A DNA stretch of 64,000 bases from an uncultured delta proteobacterium (GTDB lineage: Bacteria; Myxococcota_A; UBA9160; SZUA-336), in contig CAVPHD010000004.1 of the NCBI GenBank assembly GCA_963704165.1, positions 448,001-512,000 on the forward strand, given 5' to 3'. The notes under the pieces were generated by a model. The model did not search any database. It was not told the origin of the DNA and saw nothing but the letters and a program-made list of their open reading frames with translations. Shown here piece after piece: positions 12,602-21,539 of the stretch; within the stretch, counting starts at the first letter, position 1; each line of letters opens with the position of its first letter. Position numbers and translations under genes: made by a program.

Positions 12602-13381
12602 ATGTACGGGTGGAAGGCATTTCTCGCCGCGATCTTCGTGCTCGGTGCCACGGCCGCGTGCACCACCGTGGCACCCAGGGACGTGAGCCGGGCCGACTCG
12701 CACCGCGATCTGGCCGAGGTGAAGCTGGCCAAGGGCGAGACCGAGCTCGCCATCAAGGAGTACCAGACCGCGATCCGGCTCAATCCCGACGATCCGGAGA
12801 GCCACTACGGGATCGCCGAGGCCTACCGGCGGAAGAACCTGATGCAGGACACGGAGCGCGAGCTGCGAGAGACGCTGCGCCTCGACCCGGAACACAACGA
12901 GGCTCGTCTGGCGCTCGGCGTGGCGTTCCTGCTGATGGAGCGCTGGAGCGACGCGGCCGCCGAGTTCGAGCGTCTCGCGGCCGACCCGACCTTCGTCCGA
13001 CCGACGCGCGCTCTGGTGAACCTGGGTTGGGCTCACTACAAGTCCGGCGATCTCGAGCGGGCCAAGGCCGACTTCGAGCGCGCGCTCAAGCAGGATCGCT
13101 CCAACTACGTCGCACATCTCAATCTCGGGATCGTGTACTACGATCAAGGCGAGCTGGTCGAGGCCGTCACCCACTTCGAGGAGTGTGTGAAGATCCTCGC
13201 GGAGCGGCCGGTGCAGGTATTCGGGCCGGTCGAGGCGGAAGCGCGCTATCGCATGGCCCAGGCGTACATCCGGCTGGGCAAGCGCGATCGGGCGCTCGAC
13301 TCGCTCCGGGTTGCCGTGGACCGGGGAGGCGAGAGCGAGTGGGTACGCAAGTCGAACGACTACCTGAGGGTGCTGCAGTAG
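12602..13381 (+). CDS. TPR-repeat lipoprotein, Tgl/PilF(PilW)-like type IV pilus secretin pilotin
   Basis: Lipobox LGATAAC, about six TPR repeats, and LAADPTFVRPTRALVNLGWAHY typical of PilF/Tgl. SD GGGGAGG. Confidence 0.75.
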   Translation: MYGWKAFLAAIFVLGATAACTTVAPRDVSRADSHRDLAEVKLAKGETELAIKEYQTAIRLNPDDPESHYGIAEAYRRKNLMQDTERELRETLRLDPEHNEARLALGVAFLLMERWSDAAAEFERLAADPTFVRPTRALVNLGWAHYKSGDLERAKADFERALKQDRSNYVAHLNLGIVYYDQGELVEAVTHFEECVKILAERPVQVFGPVEAEARYRMAQAYIRLGKRDRALDSLRVAVDRGGESEWVRKSNDYLRVLQ

Positions 13382-13824
13382 CGGCTGCGCCCGAAGCGAT
13401 CGTCTTCGGCCACTGGTATCGACGTCAGCGCGAGCTGCGCGGGATCTCGATCTTCTACGTCGCCGCGCGCACCAAGCTGACGCCGGAGCGCGTGCGCGAG
13501 ATCGAGGACTCCGGGCAGACGCTCGAGACCGACGGTCTCGGTCGCGCGACCGCTCGCGCGCTCGCGCTCGCGATCGGCGCGGATCCGAACGAAGCCGCGT
13601 CGCTTCTGGGTGAGCGGCGCACGGTTCGCGGCGCTCGCTCGGGTCGATGGGCGTGGCTGCGCGGGATCGTCTGGACCTTCGGGCGGCGAGCCGGGCTCGC
13701 GCTTCTGATCGGTGCGGCGCTCTGGCTGCTCGGCCTCTGGCTCTCCGGAGAATTCGCCCGCGGCGGTGCGCCGACCGTCGTCTACAAGCCCGACTACGTC
13801 GAGAGACTTCTCCGTCCGGATTGA
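13378..13824 (+). CDS. RodZ-like N-terminal HTH protein with one TM helix (start codon uncertain)
   Basis: FGHWYRRQRELRGISIFYVAARTKL...VREIE is HTH_25-like, followed by hydrophobic GLALLIGAALWLLGLWL. No canonical start codon is visible near 13378. Confidence 0.6.
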   Translation, partial: VAAAPEAIVFGHWYRRQRELRGISIFYVAARTKLTPERVREIEDSGQTLETDGLGRATARALALAIGADPNEAASLLGERRTVRGARSGRWAWLRGIVWTFGRRAGLALLIGAALWLLGLWLSGEFARGGAPTVVYKPDYVERLLRPD

Positions 13825-13857
13825 TCCGGCACTCCCGGTCTGGGCTAACCTCCGGGC

Positions 13858-14755
13858 ATGCCCCCGGAGTATCGGACACGAGGCCTGGTCCTTCGGACCT
13901 TCGACCAGGGGGAGTCCGACCGCGTCGTGCATCTGTTCACCGAGTCGCACGGCCGGGTGAGCGCGATCGCGAAGGGCGCGCGTCGCTCGAAGCGGCGCTT
14001 TCCCGGAACGCTCGAGATCCTCTCGTTGATCGACGTCCGGCTGCGTGGACCCGCCGCGCGCGCAGCTGATGCGGCTCGAAGCCGCGAAGCTCGTCGGTTC
14101 ATTCGAGGGGATCACGTCGAACCTCGGCCGTTACGCGATCGCGTGTCGATTTCTCGAGCTGCTCGATCGGCTGACTGCCGAGCGCGAAGCGCACCCCGAT
14201 CTCCTCCACTTCGCCGTGGGCGCGCTCGAAATGCTGCGCGAGGCCGAGCCGGATCGACTGCTGTCGGTGCTCGTTCTCGCCAAGACGCTGGCGCGTCTCG
14301 GGTATCGACCGCAGCTCAGCCGCTGCGCGACGTGCGGCAGCGAGCTGCCCTCGGGATCGGCACGCGTCGCGTTCCTGCCGGGGCACGGCGGGGCGGTCTG
14401 TCGATCGTGTGCGGGGCCCGCGGAATCGACCGTCCCCGTGCAGCTCCTGCGCGCGCTCGAGACCGGATTGCGTCAGCCACTTCGCACACGCGCCGAGCTC
14501 GGTCTCGGCGCGCGCGACGTCGAGCGTGCCGAGCTGCTCGTCGAGCGCTTCTTCAGCTTCCAGATCGGAACGGAGCTGCGAACGACGGCGTTTCTTCGCC
14601 AAGTGCTCGCCGATGCCGAGGAATCCCGAGCGCACGCGCGAGCGGTTGACGCCGTCGGAGAGCGCGGAGATACTCCGCCCGCGGTCGCTCCGGACGGCGG
14701 TTCCATGCAGACCGGGCTTTCGCGCCTCGATCTCGAGACCGATCGGCGCCTCTGA
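13858..14755 (+). CDS. recO: DNA repair protein RecO; apparent +1 frameshift near 14045
   Basis: GLVLRTFDQGESDRVVHLFTESHGRVSAIAKGARRSKRRF. The Zn finger LGYRPQLSRCATCG...GGAVCRSC is in the second frame. Confidence 0.9.
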
Positions 14756-14786
14756 CGTCAACGAGCCCGAGAGGGAGGCCACGAGC

Positions 14787-17504
14787 TTGGCGAAGCGAGC
14801 ACGCAAGACTTCCTCGGCACGCGGCCACAAGCGCTCGACGCGACCGAAGCGACGCGTCTATTTCTTCGGCGGCGGCCGAGCCGACGGCGACGCGTCGCTC
14901 AAGAGTCTGCTCGGCGGAAAGGGCGCGAACCTCGCCGAGATGACGCGCCTCGGCGTGCCGGTGCCCGCCGGGTTCACGATCTCGACGGAAGTCTGCACCG
15001 AGTTCTATGCCGGCGGCCGAAAGCTCCCGAGTGCCCTCGACGCCGAGATCCGCGCACAGCTGGTCAAGGTCGAGAAGGTGATGGGCGGGAGCTTCGGCTC
15101 GAAGACCCGTCCGCTCCTGGTCTCCGTGCGTTCGGGCGCTCGTGCGTCGATGCCCGGAATGATGGATACGGTGCTCAATCTCGGACTGAACGACGAGACG
15201 CTGCAGGGATTGATCGCCGAGAGCGGCGACCGGCGCTTCGCGTACGACACGTATCGCCGATTCGTGCACATGTACGGCGACGTCGTGATGGGCGTGGAGC
15301 ACGACCATTTCGCCCAGGCGCTCGAGGCGCTGAAGAAGAAGCGCGGCGTCGAGCTCGACACGGAGCTCGATGCCGACGATCTGGCCGGGCTGGTGGATTC
15401 CTACAAGCAGATCGTCAAGCAGACCACCCACGACGGCTTTCCCGACGATCCCTTCGAGCAGCTCCGCGGCGCGATCGCCGCCGTGTTCCTCTCCTGGTAC
15501 TCGCCGCGCGCGCAAAGGTACCGCGAGCTCGAGTCGATCCCGACGGAGTGGGGTACGGCCGTCACCGTCCAGGCGATGGTGTACGGGAACCTCGGCGACG
15601 ACTCCGCGACCGGCGTGGCGTTCACGCGCGATCCGTCGACGGGCGAGCGGCGCTTCTTCGGTGAATTCCTGCCGCGCGCACAGGGCGAAGATGTGGTCGC
15701 CGGCATCCGCACGCCTCAGCCGCTCGGGAATGCCGATCGTCAATCCGGGACGCTCGGGTCGCTCGAGGATCTCATGCCGGCGCGATTCAAAGAGCTCTCG
15801 CGCCTCGCGAAGCGGCTCGAGCGTCACTACGCCGACATGCAGGATCTCGAGTTCACGATCCAGCGCGGCTGCCTCTGGATGCTGCAGACTCGAACCGGCA
15901 AGCGCACCGGACGCGCCGCGGTGAAGATCGCCGTGGACATGGCGAACGAGCGCCTGATCGATCGCAAGACGGCGATCCTGCGCGTGGATCCGAAGCAGCT
16001 CGATCAGCTCCTGCATCCGACGCTCGACGAGGGCAGCATCCCCGCACGCCTCGCGCACGGCCTGCCCGCGTCGCCCGGTGCCGCGTCGGGCCGAATCGTC
16101 TTCACCGCCGAGGACGCCGAAGCCGCAGCTTCGAACGACGAGCGTGTCGTTCTCGTGCGCAGGGAGACTTCGCCCGAGGACATCCACGGCATGCACGCGG
16201 CGCAGGGAATTCTCACCGCGCTCGGCGGGATGACGTCGCACGCAGCCGTGGTTGCGCGCGGAATGGGCAAGTGCTGCGTCGCAGGCTGCGCCGATCTTCA
16301 GATCGATTTCGAGCGACGGATCGCGCGGATCGGCGGCGTCGAGCTGACCGACAAGGACACGATCACGCTCGACGGCTCGACCGGAAACGTCTATCGCGGC
16401 GAATTGCCGACGGTGGAGCCCGAGCTCTCGAAGGACTTCATGACGTTGATGCGCTGGGCGGACGGAATGCGTCGGCTCCGCGTTCGCGCGAACGCCGATA
16501 CCCCCGAGGACGCGGAGCTCGCACTCCGCTTCGGTGCCGAGGGGATCGGGCTCTGTCGAACCGAGCACATGTTCTTCCAGGCGGAGCGAATCCTGGAAGT
16601 GCGCCGCATGATCCTGTCGTCGACGCGCGAAGAGCGCGCGCTCCCGCTCGCGAAGATCCTGCCGATGCAGCGCGAGGATTTCGTCGGGATCTTCCGCGCG
16701 ATGGCCGGGCGGCCCGTCACGATTCGCCTGCTCGATCCTCCGCTGCACGAGTTCCTGCCCCACACCGGCGAGGAGATGGCCAATCTCGCGCGCGACCTCC
16801 GATTGGCCGAGCTCGACCTGCGGCGCAAGGTCGAGGCGCTGCGCGAGTTCAACCCGATGCTCGGTCATCGCGGTTCGCGCCTCGCGATCAGCTATCCGGA
16901 GATCTACGAGATGCAGGTGCGCGCCATCGTCGAGGCGGCCTGTGTTTGCGCGGATGCGGGCGTGCGAACGCATCCGGAGATCATGCTGCCGCTGGTCGCG
17001 GGAACGCGGGAGCTCGAAGCGCTGCGCGCGCTCGTCGACAGCACCGCTACGACCGTCATGAAGGAGCGCGGACGAAAGATCCGCTACAGCGTGGGCACGA
17101 TGATCGAGGTCCCGCGTGCGGCACTCCTTTCCGGTTGTCTGGCGGGCATCGCGGAGTTCTTCTCGTTCGGCACGAACGATCTCACCCAGATGACGTTCGC
17201 GCTCTCTCGTGACGACTCCGGGCGATTTCTCCCCGCCTACGTCGAGAAGGGGCTGATGGACGACGATCCGTTCGTCACCCTCGACACGGAAGGTGTGGGA
17301 GCGCTGATCCGCATGGGAATCGAAGCCGGACGGAAGACGCGAAGAGACCTGAAGGTGGGAATCTGCGGTGAGCACGGCGGAGAGCCGCGCTCGATCGCGT
17401 TCTGCCACGAGGTCGGAATGGACTACGTGAGCTGCTCGCCGTACCGGGTGCCGATCGCCCGGCTGGCCGCCGCGCAAGCGACCATTCCCGGAAAGGGCGG
17501 ATGA
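14787..17504 (+). CDS. ppdK: Pyruvate, phosphate dikinase
   Basis: LLGGKGANLAEM, SVRSGARASMPGMMDT, AQGEDVVAGIRTP, GGMTSHAAVVARG, GLCRTEHMF, FSFGTNDLTQ and GICGEHGG. TTG start at 14787 after SD GGGAGG. Confidence 0.96.
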   Translation: MAKRARKTSSARGHKRSTRPKRRVYFFGGGRADGDASLKSLLGGKGANLAEMTRLGVPVPAGFTISTEVCTEFYAGGRKLPSALDAEIRAQLVKVEKVMGGSFGSKTRPLLVSVRSGARASMPGMMDTVLNLGLNDETLQGLIAESGDRRFAYDTYRRFVHMYGDVVMGVEHDHFAQALEALKKKRGVELDTELDADDLAGLVDSYKQIVKQTTHDGFPDDPFEQLRGAIAAVFLSWYSPRAQRYRELESIPTEWGTAVTVQAMVYGNLGDDSATGVAFTRDPSTGERRFFGEFLPRAQGEDVVAGIRTPQPLGNADRQSGTLGSLEDLMPARFKELSRLAKRLERHYADMQDLEFTIQRGCLWMLQTRTGKRTGRAAVKIAVDMANERLIDRKTAILRVDPKQLDQLLHPTLDEGSIPARLAHGLPASPGAASGRIVFTAEDAEAAASNDERVVLVRRETSPEDIHGMHAAQGILTALGGMTSHAAVVARGMGKCCVAGCADLQIDFERRIARIGGVELTDKDTITLDGSTGNVYRGELPTVEPELSKDFMTLMRWADGMRRLRVRANADTPEDAELALRFGAEGIGLCRTEHMFFQAERILEVRRMILSSTREERALPLAKILPMQREDFVGIFRAMAGRPVTIRLLDPPLHEFLPHTGEEMANLARDLRLAELDLRRKVEALREFNPMLGHRGSRLAISYPEIYEMQVRAIVEAACVCADAGVRTHPEIMLPLVAGTRELEALRALVDSTATTVMKERGRKIRYSVGTMIEVPRAALLSGCLAGIAEFFSFGTNDLTQMTFALSRDDSGRFLPAYVEKGLMDDDPFVTLDTEGVGALIRMGIEAGRKTRRDLKVGICGEHGGEPRSIAFCHEVGMDYVSCSPYRVPIARLAAAQATIPGKGG

Positions 17505-17986
17505 AGCGGCTTCCGAAACCGCGCGTGCGCCTGTTTCTGATCGCCGTCGCCGTCAGCGCGCTTCTGGCCTGCTTCGGCGGCGGGGCCGACCCGGGTGCGA
17601 GCAAGCCGATCGTCTCCGACGAAGAGGCGATGCGATTCGCCCTGCGTGCGGAGAGCTTCTACCGCTCGCTGCAGGGCGTTCCGCTGGCGGCGACGGTCAC
17701 CTTCTACAACCCGGAGCTGCATCGGTACTTTCCGACGCCCTCCGCGTTCGCCGACTACTACTCGTCGCTCGCGACGATCGCGCGCCAGAACACGCTGAGA
17801 TACGGGCAGGCGCGTCGTGTGCGCATCCGCGAGTTCCACTTCGACTCACCGGACCACGCCGTCGTCGAGGTCGTCATCACCGGCAAGCACGAGCGAGAGC
17901 TTCGCTTCTGGGACATCGACCTCGACCGTCGCGACGTCTGGCGTCGGATCGACGGTGTCTGGCTGATCGTTCCCGAGAAGCTCTGA
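17501..17986 (+). CDS. Hypothetical lipoprotein
   Basis: Basic N-terminus, hydrophobic stretch and lipobox ALLAC. ATGA overlap with the ppdK stop. Confidence 0.7.
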   Translation: MKRLPKPRVRLFLIAVAVSALLACFGGGADPGASKPIVSDEEAMRFALRAESFYRSLQGVPLAATVTFYNPELHRYFPTPSAFADYYSSLATIARQNTLRYGQARRVRIREFHFDSPDHAVVEVVITGKHERELRFWDIDLDRRDVWRRIDGVWLIVPEKL

Positions 17987-18148
17987 CACCTCGGTCGCCG
18001 CCGACCTGCACCCGTGTGAAGTTCTTTTCCTCGAAGAGGGTAGTCCGCTTCACTGTACGCGAGTGCTCCGCGCCATCGGCGCGCGCGCGCCACCCGGGAT
18101 TCGCCAGCGTTACCGGTGAATTCGCAGGAATCTCCAATGGATGCCCGC

Positions 18149-18165
18149 TTGGCATGGCGATTGCT
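18149..18165 (+). promoter_or_regulatory. Sigma-54 (RpoN) -24/-12 promoter
   Basis: TTGGCATGGCGATTGCT matches the YTGGCACG-N4-TTGCW consensus with exact GG-N10-GC spacing, about 35 bp upstream of the GTG at 18200. Confidence 0.7.
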
Positions 18166-18199
18166 CCCCCTTGTGTCGCATGTGTCCCCGAGCGGCCAA

Positions 18200-18754
18200 G
18201 TGACCGAGGACGACCGAGTGATCGTCGAGGCGATTCGAGCCGGGGACCCCGGCGCGTTTCGCGACCTCTACCAGCGGCATTTCCGCCGCATCCACAGCTT
18301 CTCGCTGCGCAGGCTCGGGGACGTGGCCGAAGCCGAGGACGTCTGTCAGGACGTCTTCGAGGCGGTCTTCTCCTGCCTGCACCGTTTCGAGGGCAAGTCG
18401 GACCTGATCGTCTGGATCTACGGGATTACCCGGAACATCCTCAACAACCGCCTGCGCCGCCGGGGTGGGGTACGGCTCGTCTCGCTCGAGGACATCCCGC
18501 AGGAGGCCGCACCGCTCGATCTGGGGCCGGAGCCGCTGGCCCAGGCGCGCCAGACGCTCGGTCGGGTCCGAGAGGCGATCGGGAAGCTGCCGGAGGAGCA
18601 GCGCCGGGTGCTCGAAATGCGCCACGGCAAGCGCATGAACATCCGCAAGATCGCCGAGCTGACCGGGCGCAGCGAAGACGCTGTGAAGTCGAGCCTTTAC
18701 CGCGCCCGCCGCTCCCTGGCTGCGCAGCTTCCCGGCGCTCGTCTCGCACTCTGA
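18200..18754 (+). CDS. ECF-type sigma-70 family RNA polymerase sigma factor
   Basis: Region 2 (AFRDLYQRH...AEAEDVCQDVF...WIYGITRN) and region 4 (LPEEQRRVL...IAELTGRSEDAVKSSLYRAR). The start was chosen downstream of the sigma-54 site; the ORF is open from 18116. Confidence 0.9.
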   Translation: MTEDDRVIVEAIRAGDPGAFRDLYQRHFRRIHSFSLRRLGDVAEAEDVCQDVFEAVFSCLHRFEGKSDLIVWIYGITRNILNNRLRRRGGVRLVSLEDIPQEAAPLDLGPEPLAQARQTLGRVREAIGKLPEEQRRVLEMRHGKRMNIRKIAELTGRSEDAVKSSLYRARRSLAAQLPGARLAL

Positions 18755-18860
18755 TCACCCCGGGGGCGTCACCAACGCGCAGCCTCCGCCCACCTATGAG
18801 GCGTAGAGATGGGCGGGCGCGTGGGCCGGATCGGCCCTCCGCCCGGATGCGGGGCAGACG

Positions 18861-19082
18861 ATGGGCGAGAACCGAAGAGGGCAGCGGTCGGCGCATGCGG
18901 TCAGCGTGCGCTTCGGCACCCGGTTCTGGGACGCGGTCGAATACGAGATCGAAGCGCTCGACGCGGGTGACTTCGCTCTCTTCCTCGCCGCCGACCGGTT
19001 TCCCTGCGAAGCGCGACCGGGTGCCTTCGAGTCGATCGGCGCGCGGCTCGCCGTGCTCTGCCGCGAGCGCTTTTCAAACTGA
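18861..19082 (+). CDS. Small hypothetical protein (73 aa)
   Basis: ATG preceded by GGGG, protein-like composition, fills the gap between the ECF sigma and the methyltransferase. Confidence 0.5.
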   Translation: MGENRRGQRSAHAVSVRFGTRFWDAVEYEIEALDAGDFALFLAADRFPCEARPGAFESIGARLAVLCRERFSN

Positions 19083-19106
19083 GGCTCCGCGGCTACCCCT
19101 TCCGGG

Positions 19107-19679
19107 GTGAGCTTCGTACGCAAACGTCTTCGCCCGCGGCTGCTCGTCGTCTACGCGCTCGCCGGCGCCGCGGTCTTCCTCTCATCGCCCACGCCGACGT
19201 CTCTCCTCGTCGGTGCGGTTCCGATCGCGCTCGGTGAGGGCCTGCGGCTCTGGGCGACCGGGCACCTGCACAAGAACGATGCCCTGACGATCGCCGGGCC
19301 CTACGCTTATCTGCGTCACCCGCTCTACTTCGGGACGCTCCTGATCGGTGCCGGCTTTCTGATCATGGCCTGGAGCGCGGTCGCGTTCGGGTTCGCGGCG
19401 GTCTTCCTGCTGGTCTACTTCGGCTACTACATGCCCTACAAGGATCGGATCGAGAGCGCGCGGCTCGAGTCGATCTACGGCGACGCCTACCGGCGCTACG
19501 CGGCGGCGGTCCCGCGCCTCGTGCCTCGACTTCACCCCTACCAGCCGCTCGAGGCCGAGCGCGCGCCCGAGACGGCCTGGCGGCGCGTGCGATTCGCCGA
19601 CAACAACGAGACCGGGACGGCGGTGGTGGTGGCACTCGGCGTGCTGTGCATGGTGGTGCGCTGGGGACTCTCCTCCTGA
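19107..19679 (+). CDS. Isoprenylcysteine carboxyl methyltransferase / PEMT family membrane methyltransferase
   Basis: GEGLRLWATGHLHKN, LTIAGPYAYLRHPLYFG and YGDAYRRYAAAVPRLVP motifs; several TM helices. Confidence 0.85.
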   Translation: MSFVRKRLRPRLLVVYALAGAAVFLSSPTPTSLLVGAVPIALGEGLRLWATGHLHKNDALTIAGPYAYLRHPLYFGTLLIGAGFLIMAWSAVAFGFAAVFLLVYFGYYMPYKDRIESARLESIYGDAYRRYAAAVPRLVPRLHPYQPLEAERAPETAWRRVRFADNNETGTAVVVALGVLCMVVRWGLSS

Positions 19680-20920
19680 CGCGACCGGACCTGGACGGTC
19701 CGGGAATCGCAGTCCTGAATCTCGGCGGGTTCGCCAACCCCGACGTGCTCCTCGTCCAGCGCTCGGGCGCCAAGCTGGTCGTGAAGGACTGGGGGAGACG
19801 CTCGGCGTGGGTCCGTGCGCTCGTCGCTCCCTGGCTCGCCCGCCACGAGGCCGCGATGTTGACCCGCGCCGACGGTATCGACGGCATCCCCCGTCTGCGC
19901 GGGCGGATCGATCGGCTCGCCCTCGCGATGGAGTACCTCGAAGGTCAGCCGCTTCACCGGCACTCGCACGGCCGGGCTCTCCCATCGGCGTTCTTCGCGG
20001 AGCTCGAGACGATTCTCGAGCGGCTGGCCCGCCGCAGGGTGGCCTACCTCGATCTGCGCAGCCCGACGAACGTTCTCGTCACGCCGAGTGGCGCGCCGGC
20101 ACTCGTCGACCTCGGAAGCGCGCTCCGGCTGCCGCTACCGTGGCGCTGGATCCTCGCTCTCGAGAGGCGTGCGCTCGCAAAGCTCCGCGCGCGCTTCGAG
20201 CAGCGGCGCGATGGCGCGCCGGGGGTGGCGGACCCGGAGGACGACCTCAGCGCCAGCCTGAAGGCGGGCGGGACGCGTTTCTGCATTCGCGAATACGGAT
20301 CGCCGCTCGATCCGATCCCGGTGCTCTTTCTGCCCGACGTCGGAACATCCGCACGTGTCTTCGCGCCGATGCTCTCTCGCGCCGCGGCGCACGGCCGACG
20401 CGCGATCGGCATCGATCTGCCGGGCTTTGGCCGCTCTCGACGCGATGTCGAGTCCCTCGAGCCGGCACGCGTTGCCGCGCAACTCGACGACCTGCTTCAC
20501 TCACTTCGGATCTCGCGCGTCGATCTGGTCGGGACGGGACTTGGCGCCGTCGTCGGCGGCGCGCTCGCGGCGCGATCTCCGGGCCGAGTTCGCCGTCGGA
20601 TCGCGATCGACGCGGACGATGCGCCCGGCCGCGCCGCGGAGGTCGAACTGCGCCGGGGCCTCGCGGCCCGCGACCCCGAGGCGCTCCGCGCCCGCGTGCT
20701 CGGCGCTTTGCCCGAGGGTCTCCCCGCCGATCTTCGCGCGACGCTGGCACGGGAGCTCGCGCGCGTTCCTGCGCGCAACCTCGCGCTCGCGTATACCCGG
20801 CACGAGCGGGGCTCTACGCCGCTCGGTATCGGAGATCGCGGACGTGTCGATCTCGAGCCCGCGGCGGCAGGCGATCCCGAGCGTGTCTGGGCCGAGCTCG
20901 AGGATCCGGACGATCCCTAG
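19646..20920 (+). CDS. Fusion of a RIO/Kdo-like kinase domain with an alpha/beta-hydrolase-fold domain (start uncertain)
   Basis: Kinase motifs VVKDW, LAMEYLEG, YLDLRSPTNVL and LVDLGSA. Hydrolase motifs IGIDLPGFGRS and VDLVGTGLG. Confidence 0.7.
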   Translation: MHGGALGTLLLTRPDLDGPGIAVLNLGGFANPDVLLVQRSGAKLVVKDWGRRSAWVRALVAPWLARHEAAMLTRADGIDGIPRLRGRIDRLALAMEYLEGQPLHRHSHGRALPSAFFAELETILERLARRRVAYLDLRSPTNVLVTPSGAPALVDLGSALRLPLPWRWILALERRALAKLRARFEQRRDGAPGVADPEDDLSASLKAGGTRFCIREYGSPLDPIPVLFLPDVGTSARVFAPMLSRAAAHGRRAIGIDLPGFGRSRRDVESLEPARVAAQLDDLLHSLRISRVDLVGTGLGAVVGGALAARSPGRVRRRIAIDADDAPGRAAEVELRRGLAARDPEALRARVLGALPEGLPADLRATLARELARVPARNLALAYTRHERGSTPLGIGDRGRVDLEPAAAGDPERVWAELEDPDDP

Positions 20921-20943
20921 CCCCGGCCACGCTCCGCGGCGGG

Positions 20944-21465
20944 TCAGTCGGGTGAAGCGATCAGCGCATCGGACTCCGCGTCCGGCGTCAGCCGGGTCGC
21001 GGTGCGGATCTCGATCTCGGGGGCGGCCCGGCCTTCGAGCTCGGAGAGGAGCGCGCTGCGCAAGGCCTCCTCACTGCACTCCCCGACGATGTGCAGAGGC
21101 CGGGCATTTCGGGGCACCCGCGGGCCGTTGCCGACGCGCACGACGTCGAGCTCGATCTCGTCGGCCATGGGTGGGTTCTCGAAGCGCAGAGCGACGCGCT
21201 GGCCCGGCTCGAGGTGGCCGCGGTAGACCCAGCTCGATTTCCAGGTCGCAGGCGCGTCCGCCAGGTTCGAGGTCGAGCGCATGCGCAGCTCCACCCATTC
21301 GACGGGGCGCGCGCTCTGATTGCGCACGACGGCGCAGATCTCCGACTGATCGGGAATCTGCTCGAAGTGTGTGCTGTACGCGCCGCGAACGCGCTCCAGG
21401 TTGACCGCGCCCGGGGCGCAGGAACAGAGCACGAGCAGCGCGAGCAGGGGGGGGGCTCGTCGCAT
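20944..21465 (-). CDS. Hypothetical lipoprotein with an Ig-like (possibly FxLYD-type) domain
   Basis: MRRAPPLLALLVLCSC lipoprotein signal, beta-rich AVVRNQSARPVEWVELRM...LEPGQRVALRF, and SD GGAG upstream. Confidence 0.6.
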   Translation of the reverse strand: MRRAPPLLALLVLCSCAPGAVNLERVRGAYSTHFEQIPDQSEICAVVRNQSARPVEWVELRMRSTSNLADAPATWKSSWVYRGHLEPGQRVALRFENPPMADEIELDVVRVGNGPRVPRNARPLHIVGECSEEALRSALLSELEGRAAPEIEIRTATRLTPDAESDALIASPD

Positions 21466-21539
21466 GGGGGGGTCTCCGACCCCTTCATCGGAGGCCCCTT
21501 CGTGGGGCTTTACACCCGAGCTGGAGACGCCATCCCGCG

